64,000 bases of DNA from Candidatus Woesearchaeota archaeon (GTDB taxonomy: Archaea > Nanobdellota > Nanobdellia > Woesearchaeales > ARS49), in assembly GCA_003599055.1 (NCBI GenBank), contig QZIM01000011.1, positions 937-64,936 of the forward strand. Direction: 5' to 3'. Of this stretch, positions 16,659 to 25,097 are shown piece after piece; position 1 is the stretch's first letter, and each line of letters starts with the position of its first letter. The notes under the pieces are model-generated. The model made no database searches, was not told the origin of the DNA, and saw only the letters and a list, made by a program, of their open reading frames with translations. Made by a program: the position numbers and the translations under genes.

Positions 16659-17411
16659 CTATTTTCGTAGGTCGTGGATGACGATTCCTTTTTTGGTAAT
16701 CTCGAGCGGGTGGATGTCTTCGTCTGCTTTTGTTCCGCGCATTTTGCGGATGAGCAGGCTTCTGCTGTAATTGCCGCCCATGCTTTCAAACGAGAGGGAG
16801 ATGATTCCGTCTGCGATGAATTCGGAGACCGTGTCGCGCGTGAGGTATTCGCCTTTCTCGGGCGCTTCTCCCGTGACTAGTGTTGTGCAGCCGAGCTTTT
16901 TGAGGTCGTACAAGAAGGAGTAGATGAACCGTTTGACGACAAAGTCGCCAAGGATGGGCGGGGAAAAGAATGCTTTGTAATTCATAATGTCGCGAAGGGC
17001 AACGTCCTTGATGGGGGAGTACACGGGTGCGTTGACGGCAAGGGTTGAAAGTGAGTCAACGACGAGCCGCTTGATTTTTCGCTTTTGGACTTCCTGTTTG
17101 ATGAGTTCGATTGTTTTGTTGGTGAGTTCGGTGATGGGGATGTGCATAAGCGTGAGCATGCCGTTTTTTTCGTGTTTTGTAAGGTCAAGCCCGATTCCTT
17201 TTGCCTGGGTTCGGATGTCGTCAAGGCTTTGCTCAAGGGTGATGTACATGCTGCGTTCTTTGAACCGTTGTGCGCCGTTGGTGAGGTATTCGAGCGAGAA
17301 GAGGGTTTTTCCCGTGCCGGGGGTGCCGATAAGGAGAATCGTTGCGCCTTTGGGAAGCCCGCCTTGGGTGAGCTTGTCAAATCCTTTGATGCCGCTTGGG
17401 GTTCGTGCCAT
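16659..17411 (-). CDS. KaiC-like single-domain ATPase (intact)
   Basis: GIKGFDKLTQGGLPKGATILLIGTPGTGKTLFSLEY (Walker A), MYITLEQ, Walker B RLVVDSLS. GAGGTGA lies upstream of the ATG. The gene starts 3 nt after the stop of the PAS sensor gene. Confidence 0.9.
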   Translation of the reverse strand: MARTPSGIKGFDKLTQGGLPKGATILLIGTPGTGKTLFSLEYLTNGAQRFKERSMYITLEQSLDDIRTQAKGIGLDLTKHEKNGMLTLMHIPITELTNKTIELIKQEVQKRKIKRLVVDSLSTLAVNAPVYSPIKDVALRDIMNYKAFFSPPILGDFVVKRFIYSFLYDLKKLGCTTLVTGEAPEKGEYLTRDTVSEFIADGIISLSFESMGGNYSRSLLIRKMRGTKADEDIHPLEITKKGIVIHDLRK

Positions 17412-17414
17412 AAG

Positions 17415-18692
17415 TCACCTCTTTGCGCGTATGGTTCGCGCAGTGCTATTTATTGCTTGTGGGCTGATTTGGATGTTGCGGGGTGCGGGCTCTTCCGGAG
17501 GGTTCACCCAGTCAAACACTTGGCGTTCAAGGGTGAATATTTCGGAGAGGTCGCGAAGGAAGTGGATGGTGCCGCGAATCTGTCCGTCTTCGCCGGTGAG
17601 CGGGGTGATGTTGAGGGCGACAAGGGTTGCCGCTCCGTCTTTGAGCGTGAGGGGGAGGACAAAGTCGGTGATTGTTTTTCCGGAAAGGACGGATTGGATT
17701 GCTAATTCGATTTTTGTCTTCGCTTCGGGGGAGGTGAATGCGCGTGCAATCCAGGTGTTTTGGTGTGCAAGGTCGTTTTTTTCGTATCCGCTGAACTTGG
17801 TGAGGGTGGGGTTGCTCATAAGCAGTTTTCCGTCGGTTGCGAATGCGAGGATGGGAACGCCTGCGTTTTCGATGAGGCGTGAGATGAATGAGCGTTCTGC
17901 CGTGAGCGCGTGTTCGGTGCTTTTGAGGGCGGTGATGTCGCGGCCGACGCAAAGGATGGCGGATACCTTGCCGTTTTCATCCTTGACCGGGGTGAACGTT
18001 TCAAGGCTCCATTCGTGGTCTGCTTTTGTTTTGTGCTGGACTTCAATGGTGGTTGTTTTTCCGCGAAGGGCGCTTGCGAGTGCGCGTTTTGCGCGGGCGT
18101 GGTATGGTTCGCGAAGGACAGTGGTGATGAACGGTCTGCGTTCATCGTGTTGGGGAAGGTTGTGTTCTGCGCGGCCCGCTTCGTTCATAAACGTGATTTT
18201 TCCGTGTGCGTCAAGGAGGGTGATGCAGTCGGGTGAGCTTTGGGCAAGGGTGCGGTAGCGCTCTTCCGCTTCGCGTTTTTCGCGTTCGGCGCGCTCTTTT
18301 GCTTCAAGGGCTTCGCCGAGCTTGAGTTCTTCCTTTTTGAGCCCGACTTTTTCAACCGCGAGCTTGAGGGAGACAAGGACGCGGTCAAATGCGCGGGCGA
18401 GTTCTCCAAGTTCGTCTTGGCGTTCCTTGCCGCGCACGTGCGCATCAAGTTTTCCGCGGCTGATGTCTTCGATGGTTGCGGTGAAGTGTTGGATTCTGCG
18501 CGAGATGTGCACGGCATATATTCCGCCAAAGGCGGATGCGACAAGGAGGGGGAGGGCGGCAAGCGCGACCGTATTGAAGGTGAACGCGGATGAGGGGTAG
18601 TGAAGGAACACGACGAGGATGAAGTATTCAACGGCAAGGGCTGTTGCGCAAATGCCCAAAAGTGCGGTGACTATTTTTGTTTTCAGGTTCAT
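17415..18692 (-). CDS. Membrane HAMP + coiled-coil + two PAS domain sensor with no recognisable output domain
   Basis: Two N-terminal TM segments. HAMP (DELGELARAFDRVLVSL). PAS-like blocks (YRTLAQSSPDCITLLDAHGKITFMNEAG; FISRLIENAGVPILAFATDGKLLMSNP). No H-box or ATPase motifs. Confidence 0.8.
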   Translation of the reverse strand: MNLKTKIVTALLGICATALAVEYFILVVFLHYPSSAFTFNTVALAALPLLVASAFGGIYAVHISRRIQHFTATIEDISRGKLDAHVRGKERQDELGELARAFDRVLVSLKLAVEKVGLKKEELKLGEALEAKERAEREKREAEERYRTLAQSSPDCITLLDAHGKITFMNEAGRAEHNLPQHDERRPFITTVLREPYHARAKRALASALRGKTTTIEVQHKTKADHEWSLETFTPVKDENGKVSAILCVGRDITALKSTEHALTAERSFISRLIENAGVPILAFATDGKLLMSNPTLTKFSGYEKNDLAHQNTWIARAFTSPEAKTKIELAIQSVLSGKTITDFVLPLTLKDGAATLVALNITPLTGEDGQIRGTIHFLRDLSEIFTLERQVFDWVNPPEEPAPRNIQISPQAINSTARTIRAKR

Positions 18693-18769
18693 AACGGCTC
18701 TTTTTTAAGCGTGTGCAGGAACCGGTGCTTAAATAGTTAACGAGAATAGTCCGCTGCGCACCGCGTAAC

Positions 18770-18778
18770 CTTTTTAAA
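18770..18778 (+). promoter_or_regulatory. TATA-like box (CTTTTTAAA) 27-35 nt upstream of tRNA-Gly
   Basis: Same box and spacing as at the other tRNA genes in the window. Confidence 0.6.
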
Positions 18779-18804
18779 CCAACGCCATTCTTGCGAAACT
18801 ATTC

Positions 18805-18929
18805 GCGCCGTTAGTATAGCGGTAGTACGCTGCCTTGCCATTGGTTGAGTCGGGCAAGAAGCATCCGTATCCAGGATGCCCGACGAAAGCAAAGAGGCTG
18901 TAGCCCGAGTTCGAATCTCGGACGGCGCA
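18805..18929 (+). tRNA. Intron-containing tRNA-Gly (GCC), integration target of the adjacent element
   Basis: Hand fold: GCGCCGT-TA-GTAT-AGCGGTA-GTAC-G-CTGCC-TTGCCA[54-nt intron]A-GGCTG-TAGC-CCGAG-TTCGAAT-CTCGG-ACGGCGC-A. There is one U-U mismatch in the anticodon stem. The intron holds an 8-bp stem (gtcgggca/tgcccgac). Confidence 0.65.
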
Positions 18930-19010
18930 TCTGTACTGAAGTTGCAAGCGCTGCTTCTGCAATCTTGGGTAATACCAAGGTATAAAAGACGTCCAAGTGG
19001 AGAAACCCAC

Positions 19011-20249
19011 ATGGCGGAAAACGACATCTACAATTCGAAAGAGGCGTACGAGCGGATGGTTCGGAACTTGGCTGACTTCGCTGAGCCGGGACGGCACAAA
19101 GTGTATGTGTGCAAGAACCGCGAGAATCTGAAGTACATTGAGAAGCTTATTTTGCACTTCGAAGCGCGCGATTTGAGTTATGTGCGAAGGATTCGCTTGT
19201 TCGGCATGATGAAAATCGTGATGCACACTACGGAGAAGAACCTCAAGGACTGCACAAGGGACGATATCGACCGCATGGTTGCGTTCGTAAACAAGCAGTA
19301 CAAGAGTCCCAAGTCCGCAAGTGATTTCAAGCGCGATGTCAAGTTCATCTGGAAGATTATTCTTCCAGACCTTGATGAGAAAGGACGTCCTGACGAGACT
19401 GTCTTTCCTTACGTTGTGCGTCATCTCAGGCAAGTTATTGATAAGAGCAGGCAAAAGGCAAGGACAGACCGTATTTCTTGGAATGATTTTGAGAAGCTGT
19501 TGATATTCTTCAGCAAGAAGCCCTGCGTCCAAGCGTATTTGATGGTTGCTTTGGAGAGCTTGGGGCGTCCGCAAGAACTTTTATGGCGCAGAATCAAGGA
19601 CGTTGAACATCACGATAATTGTGCAAAGGTTCATATCACTGACCACGGCAAAGAGGGTACGGGGATATTGCAGTGCATCGATTCTTACCCGTATTTGACT
19701 TCTTGGCTTAATGTTCATCCCTTCAAGAAAGACCCCGAAGCGTTCTTGTTTGTTAATGAGCGCGGGGAACAGTATAGGCCTGCTGCTTTGAACAAGCATC
19801 TGCGTATTGCATGTAAGAAGCTTGGCATTAGCAAGATAACGTGTTACTCTATCAAGCGTAATGGGGTGACTTTTAGGCGCTTGCGGGGCGACAGTGACGT
19901 TGAGATTCAGCACGCGGCGCGCTGGACGAGCACAAAACAGCTTAAAACGTACGATTTGAGCAACCAAGAGGACGCGTTCAAGCTTGAGTTGGTCAAGCGT
20001 GGGCTTGTCAAAGCTGATGCAGGAATGGAGCACTTGCAACCATCGGCCAAGGCGTGCGTATTCTGCAAGTTCTCGAACAAGTTTACCGATGATATTTGCG
20101 TTCAATGCCAAAGACCGCTTGACAGGAAGAAGGTCGCAGAACTTGAACGCGAGCGGGAAATCAAAGCCCTCAACGACTTCATGAGCATACCGCAGATACA
20201 GGAGTTGTTTAAGACGGTGTACGAACTGAAGAGACAGATTGAGAATTAA
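19011..20249 (+). CDS. Tyrosine recombinase/integrase with a C-terminal zinc-ribbon
   Basis: The catalytic region resembles XerC/D (RNGVTFRRLRG...HAARWTSTKQLKTYD). C-terminal CVFCKF...CVQCQRP. Start chosen at MAENDIY (ATG 19011), because the longer ORF would run through the tRNA. Confidence 0.8.
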   Translation: MAENDIYNSKEAYERMVRNLADFAEPGRHKVYVCKNRENLKYIEKLILHFEARDLSYVRRIRLFGMMKIVMHTTEKNLKDCTRDDIDRMVAFVNKQYKSPKSASDFKRDVKFIWKIILPDLDEKGRPDETVFPYVVRHLRQVIDKSRQKARTDRISWNDFEKLLIFFSKKPCVQAYLMVALESLGRPQELLWRRIKDVEHHDNCAKVHITDHGKEGTGILQCIDSYPYLTSWLNVHPFKKDPEAFLFVNERGEQYRPAALNKHLRIACKKLGISKITCYSIKRNGVTFRRLRGDSDVEIQHAARWTSTKQLKTYDLSNQEDAFKLELVKRGLVKADAGMEHLQPSAKACVFCKFSNKFTDDICVQCQRPLDRKKVAELEREREIKALNDFMSIPQIQELFKTVYELKRQIEN

Positions 20250-20256
20250 CTCTTAT

Positions 20257-21309
20257 TCACTTTGAATTTTTGAGCGTTCGCAGAACTTCTTTCGCAACAA
20301 CTTCCGCCAATTTTGGTGGAACGGCATTTCCTACTTGTTGCCAAGCGGGCGAACCATATTCGCTGCCTTGACCCTTAATTCCAGATACAAAGTGATTGTC
20401 TGGAATCCCTTGAATGCGCTTAATCTCTTTTAGAGTAAGACGTCGATTGTTCCAATGAAATGGACCAACGGAGTTCCAGGGTTGCGCTTGAATGGTGGTG
20501 GATGGCTCATTCGGGTCGAGCTTTAGTAGAAATGTCCAGAACTTGGACCTATCTCCAAATAATACTTGTTTCTTGCTATACTCGCGCGTGTAGAAAATGT
20601 AATTCATACCAGGGGGAATCTTGTTCACTAGGTGACCGTGCTTTCCACCGATGCTCTTTCCTCCGTCGTGAACAAGGTGGTCGTCTAAATCTCCAATCAC
20701 TTCTCGAACAGAGACAAACTGCTTCAAGTCTTTTCCCGTTCCATGTGTTGGACGCGGAAACTCAAATTTGGTCTTCTTTCTAAAACCAATCAAAAATAAT
20801 CGTTTGCGTTTTTGCGCCACACCGTAGTCCGCAGCATTCAACACTTTATACTTGATATCGTAGTTGATTGAGTTATAGAAATTCAAGAGCTGATTGAAGT
20901 CGCGCCCTTTATTAGATGACAAAAGTCCCGCAACGTTTTCCATTATGAACGACTTGGGTTTGATTTCTTTTACGAGTCGTGCGAACTCAAAAATCATTAA
21001 TCCGCGTGCGTCTTTTGTGCCTTTACGTTTTCCTTCGTTCGATCGTGAAAATGGTTGACAGGAAGGACCTCCCACAATTAAATCCACTTTGCCACGTGAC
21101 CGCTTAATCTTTCTCAAAAGCGAACTCCCTTTGACTTCACTGACGTCTCTATCCTCAATAACGGTTTTTTTCCAGTTTTTTCTTAACGTCTCAATACAAA
21201 AAGGGTCATTATCAACTTGTGCAAGAATCCGAAACCCTGCACGTTCTATGCCTAAGTCCAATCCGCCCAATCCTGAAAATAGGCTGATTGCTTCAAACCT
21301 CTTTTTCAT
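20257..21309 (-). CDS. dcm: DNA (cytosine-5)-methyltransferase
   Basis: Motif I LFSGLGGLDLG, motif IV GGPSCQPFS, motif VI IMENV, motif VIII QKRKRLFLIG, motif X GNAVPP. Start chosen at MKKRFEAISLFSG (ATG 21309), 10 nt after the HerA-like stop. Confidence 0.92.
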   Translation of the reverse strand: MKKRFEAISLFSGLGGLDLGIERAGFRILAQVDNDPFCIETLRKNWKKTVIEDRDVSEVKGSSLLRKIKRSRGKVDLIVGGPSCQPFSRSNEGKRKGTKDARGLMIFEFARLVKEIKPKSFIMENVAGLLSSNKGRDFNQLLNFYNSINYDIKYKVLNAADYGVAQKRKRLFLIGFRKKTKFEFPRPTHGTGKDLKQFVSVREVIGDLDDHLVHDGGKSIGGKHGHLVNKIPPGMNYIFYTREYSKKQVLFGDRSKFWTFLLKLDPNEPSTTIQAQPWNSVGPFHWNNRRLTLKEIKRIQGIPDNHFVSGIKGQGSEYGSPAWQQVGNAVPPKLAEVVAKEVLRTLKNSK

Positions 21310-21319
21310 AGTAATCAAC

Positions 21320-23209
21320 CTACTTATTTTCTAGATATCTTTTAATTCTATCGTTTGCATTTGGAAATTGAACGGGTAATGGTACGTTCGTTAGTCCAGT
21401 GGCATCATAACTGAATAAAAGCCACTGTCCTTTCTTAAATGATAATGTTCTTTTTAACATATCGTCCGATGCTCCAAATGCGTCGCCTATGACTCTTCGG
21501 TCGTATTCTCTAGGCAGTTTTGATAGTAAGAAAGTATGGGGTTGTGAGAGAATTGATGTGTCGAGGTATGCAACTCTTTGTGTTGCAATTCCCAATCCCA
21601 ATCCAAATTTACGTCCCCTTCTAGCCAGCAAGGTACACGCTGCTTTTGATGCAACGTAACTGTCATCCAAATTGGAACCTTGTGGAATAAACTCGTCTGC
21701 CTCATCGTACACAAAGACTACATGAGGAGAAATCCTGCCAGTAATTCTTCTTGAGCCGCAAGCATAATTCACTAAATCGCTTGAGAAGTTGCGTAAATCA
21801 TCACCGCGATTGCTTTGCACAATAAGTATGCTCGGCTTGTCAGTCTTGCTTAATATTGCTTGTACCTGTGAAAGAGACAAGCACGCATTTTCTGGCAGAG
21901 GGTCAACTTTAGTTCGGTTTACATATTTCTCCAACTCGGTTTGCATATTTATCAAACAATTTTTCGCAGTGGTAGTGACTGCTATAGTTCTATTTGCAGA
22001 AGTTCTTGCAGGAGCAAGGGAACTCTGTGTGGCTTGACCTGCAGGTCTAGTGTAATCAATTAATTTGTCCTGTAGAATTGCTTGGTCAACATCTGCCTTG
22101 AGATTCTTTAAAACGTCCTCACTTGTAGACGCAACCCCCGAACCGATGAGGTGATGCTCGAGCATTTTCTTAACGTGCGGTTCCGAACCACCGAGATTGC
22201 CCTTGATACAGTCATAAAGTTTAGCCTTTAAGTCACTGACCGACGGCATATCGGAACCGGTACTGAACAAACGAATTTTGTTTTTCTGAAGCAACTCAAT
22301 CACGATTTTCTTGTACTTTTCACGCAAAGGAATCAGTTCTTTCGGAAGTAAAAGAGTTTTAACTATTGATTCTGCTGCTTCAGCTACCTTCGTCGTGTCG
22401 CCCCTCAGGACTGCTTCAGTTGCAATTGAACCAGGAAGGGAGTCCTCGCTTAACGATAGGATGTATGCATCATCTAAAGAATGTACGAGGTCAATTACGA
22501 GCGCGAGATACTCGGTCATAAAATCAAAAAGCACTACTTTGTTCGGTTCAGTCGTTTGTAACAAATTTGCCATGAGTTCACTGAGCAAGTTTGATTTACC
22601 TGCCCCAGTAAAACCAAATATTCCAAAGTGGGTTTTAAGCAAATCCTCAGTGCTCAATTTAACAGAAACGTCCTTATTCAAAATCAAGTTACAAGGGCTG
22701 ATTGTCTTGACACTTCCATCGATGAGACCTCGATTTACAATCATATTTACTTGTTCGTCAGTAAGCAAATGTGCGTCCTCGCCTATCATGGGCAGACTAT
22801 CGTCATTTTCTAATTTTGAACTGCCTGAGTTCTGTATGACTAATTGAAGACCAGTTGAGATAGTTTCTGCCTTGATTTTTGTCGTTTGCTCAATGGGCTC
22901 GTCTTGTTCCCAATCAACTTTAGCATTTCTTGCGGCTTCAACTACAAATCCGGGAAACGCACGCTCAGTATCTTTCGCTGAACTTCCTAGTGCGTAGTGC
23001 TTCGGAAAAACTGAAACAACTTCAAGTATGCTAAACGATGTACCGCTGCCAGAACTGTTAAAATTTCTAACCGCAATGAAACTGCCAACTTTGATTTCAA
23101 GGACATACGATTTTGTATAATCGAACCAGACTGAATAAACGTTATCTGAGGAGTTCTCAGAATCCATAGATACAACAACACCTTTAGGCTTATCTTTGAA
23201 ATATTTCAT
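21320..23209 (-). CDS. HerA-like (DUF87/FtsK-HerA superfamily) hexameric-type ATPase
   Basis: N-terminal HAS-barrel-like segment (VGSFIAVRNF...FSILEVVSV). Walker A GIFGFTGAGKSNLLSELM. Walker B VVFVYDEADEFIP. RGRKFGLGLGIATQRVAYLDTSILSQPHTFLLSKL is typical of HerA. GAGGTG lies upstream of the ATG. Confidence 0.8.
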   Translation of the reverse strand: MKYFKDKPKGVVVSMDSENSSDNVYSVWFDYTKSYVLEIKVGSFIAVRNFNSSGSGTSFSILEVVSVFPKHYALGSSAKDTERAFPGFVVEAARNAKVDWEQDEPIEQTTKIKAETISTGLQLVIQNSGSSKLENDDSLPMIGEDAHLLTDEQVNMIVNRGLIDGSVKTISPCNLILNKDVSVKLSTEDLLKTHFGIFGFTGAGKSNLLSELMANLLQTTEPNKVVLFDFMTEYLALVIDLVHSLDDAYILSLSEDSLPGSIATEAVLRGDTTKVAEAAESIVKTLLLPKELIPLREKYKKIVIELLQKNKIRLFSTGSDMPSVSDLKAKLYDCIKGNLGGSEPHVKKMLEHHLIGSGVASTSEDVLKNLKADVDQAILQDKLIDYTRPAGQATQSSLAPARTSANRTIAVTTTAKNCLINMQTELEKYVNRTKVDPLPENACLSLSQVQAILSKTDKPSILIVQSNRGDDLRNFSSDLVNYACGSRRITGRISPHVVFVYDEADEFIPQGSNLDDSYVASKAACTLLARRGRKFGLGLGIATQRVAYLDTSILSQPHTFLLSKLPREYDRRVIGDAFGASDDMLKRTLSFKKGQWLLFSYDATGLTNVPLPVQFPNANDRIKRYLENK

Positions 23210-23218
23210 GTTTGCACC

Positions 23219-25030
23219 TCATCGGAATGTATCTCGAATAACTCTGAAAGTTTTTGATAGTGGTTTTGACTTAAACGCCCATTCGCTTGAATCCAATAAA
23301 CCTACGACTCTCCTTTGTAACGATTTTGCACCCCAGTCTGCCTGATGCAGCGGGTCAGGATATCCGAGTGCTTCTGGAAAGTGATTTCTGACCAAGACTG
23401 CGAGCAAATACATCGTTAACACTTGCAACTTTGGAGGGCCTGTCGCTTCATCAAATAGCAATGGGTTTATTTCTCCCAACCCTTCAGTCTTTATTGAGAC
23501 TTTGGAAGAGTTCTTATCATCCCAGCCATCGTACGCGAGTCGGTCTATAAAAAGCGCATGGGAGGAAAGATTGCGGTCAGGAGAGAGAAAGAACTGTCCA
23601 AGTGACCGTAAAAAGATGCGTTCGGGTCGTGTAACTTCAAGTCCCATTCCTGTAAAGTAACCTTTGACCTGCCATTTGTTGTCCAGATATTCAGAGTGCA
23701 GGGTCATAAAACAAGAATCAAAATCAAATGTTGCCCACGGCGCGTTCAAAGTTAAGTCGACATTCGGCAGGAGTTCGGCAATAGCTCGGTCGGTGAGCGG
23801 AAGTGAAAAGTGCTTGAACTGGTCTCCCCCTCTGAGTAGATTTACGGTTCCTAAGAAATTCTTGTAGTAAAATCTAGACATGGAGTCCTTGACTATCCCA
23901 ATCAATAAGATTCTTCTTCGCCAGCATAATTCGATTAAAGCGCGTAATCCAATTCCGACAAGGAACATAATGTCTCTGGGAGAAAAGTATTCCAATTCAT
24001 TGGAATTTTTCAGTTTAAAACAAACGCCATGGGGGTCTTTTTGTCTGAATAATTTCTCGCAGACGGTCTCAAAAATTCTTAATGATTTTTGCCAGGATGC
24101 TCTGGGGTCGACATCAAACTCGAAGCTTTTTTCTGTCTCATTGAGTTTTCCTGCACCGATTCTTTCCAAAAAGCGGGCACCGGTCTCAAATGTGTCAGGC
24201 TGAAGTTTATCGCATTCCTTCGCCGTAATTTTTCGTTTCTCTCTCCAAGCGGCTTCAGCAATTAACCGAAAATGCGGTTGAAATCTTTTGGTCGATGGAA
24301 TTTCAAGCGTTCTATTAAATGGGTGTGCTAAAGCGATTTGGATATCGGCTTCAGAAAGCGATTCACCGTTAAAATCGCCTTTCCCGAGTGTGATGGAGCT
24401 GGGCGCAAAACTGGTATTTCCTAATATTCCTCCGACGCTGTTATCGATTAAGATTATTCGCGGGCAATCTGTAGCGGAAGAATTCGCCAATGAATATGCG
24501 AGATAGATTTCGGCAAGTTGCATTATTTTTGTATGCAAAGAACTTATCTCGGCAACCTCGGTATCATTGTAAACTATTGGGCCTTCTGCGGAAGTTTCAC
24601 CTTCAACAGAACTGCGCATAACATCAGGAGGAATTGGTACGAATGCAACCATTGAGACGTCTTTGTTAAACTCCCATCGGTTATATCTAAGTTTTCCGCC
24701 TGTTTCCGCAAATGAAATTGTTCCCTGTGAACCGTATGCGCCCCCATAGAAAGAAATGAAATTTGCCGACTGTTGCTTGTGACAACTGGCATCTATAGCT
24801 ACAAATCGTACTTCAGTACTTTCAAAAAACTGTTCTGCTATTCGTTTAATCTCGAGCCGTTTAATCTCATCTTTGAAGTCATCCGCGAATGACTTTACGA
24901 ATTTTTTAATCAACTCATCATATCGTTTTTTCAGACTCTTCGAATGAGTCTTTAGCCGCTCTGAGTATTCAGCCTGAGAACTCTCCAAACTCTGTTGATA
25001 TTGTCCATAGACCTTAGATATCTCCGACAT
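23219..25030 (-). CDS. Large NurA-like (RNase-H-fold) nuclease candidate, partner of the HerA-like ATPase
   Basis: Three blocks resemble the NurA signature strands: VRFVAIDAS, PRIILIDNSVGG and LLIGIVKDSMSRFY. The gene is directly upstream of, and co-oriented with, the HerA-like gene (9-nt gap). The assignment is by eye only. Confidence 0.5.
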   Translation of the reverse strand: MSEISKVYGQYQQSLESSQAEYSERLKTHSKSLKKRYDELIKKFVKSFADDFKDEIKRLEIKRIAEQFFESTEVRFVAIDASCHKQQSANFISFYGGAYGSQGTISFAETGGKLRYNRWEFNKDVSMVAFVPIPPDVMRSSVEGETSAEGPIVYNDTEVAEISSLHTKIMQLAEIYLAYSLANSSATDCPRIILIDNSVGGILGNTSFAPSSITLGKGDFNGESLSEADIQIALAHPFNRTLEIPSTKRFQPHFRLIAEAAWREKRKITAKECDKLQPDTFETGARFLERIGAGKLNETEKSFEFDVDPRASWQKSLRIFETVCEKLFRQKDPHGVCFKLKNSNELEYFSPRDIMFLVGIGLRALIELCWRRRILLIGIVKDSMSRFYYKNFLGTVNLLRGGDQFKHFSLPLTDRAIAELLPNVDLTLNAPWATFDFDSCFMTLHSEYLDNKWQVKGYFTGMGLEVTRPERIFLRSLGQFFLSPDRNLSSHALFIDRLAYDGWDDKNSSKVSIKTEGLGEINPLLFDEATGPPKLQVLTMYLLAVLVRNHFPEALGYPDPLHQADWGAKSLQRRVVGLLDSSEWAFKSKPLSKTFRVIRDTFR

Positions 25031-25063
25031 CTGACACTCCTGTCGAGTCAGGAAATATGAAGC

Positions 25064-25072
25064 ATATATAAA
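25064..25072 (-). promoter_or_regulatory. TATA-like box (TTTATATAT on the minus strand) upstream of the NurA-like/HerA-like/Dcm operon
   Basis: It lies 34-42 nt upstream of ATG 25030. No comparable box occurs in the 9-10-nt gaps between the three genes. Confidence 0.45.
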
Positions 25073-25097
25073 CTATCCTACGAACTCAACTCTGACC

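Noticed and set aside
16987-18258. 423-aa plus-strand ORF
   Set aside because: It is antisense to the KaiC-like ATPase and the HAMP-PAS sensor, both of which have clear motifs. Its product is Ser/Arg/Val-rich with no recognisable domain.
18876-19010. In-frame extension of the integrase ORF into the tRNA-Gly, suggesting an SSV-type integrase split by integration
   Set aside because: The matching frame upstream of the right-hand repeat hits a TAA (the stop of the PIN-like ORF) 27 nt before the repeat and encodes no Int(N)-like piece. ATG 19011 gives a complete recombinase, so the integrase appears intact and the extension is fortuitous.
18774-19574. 266-aa minus-strand ORF
   Set aside because: It crosses the tRNA-Gly gene and is antisense to the integrase.
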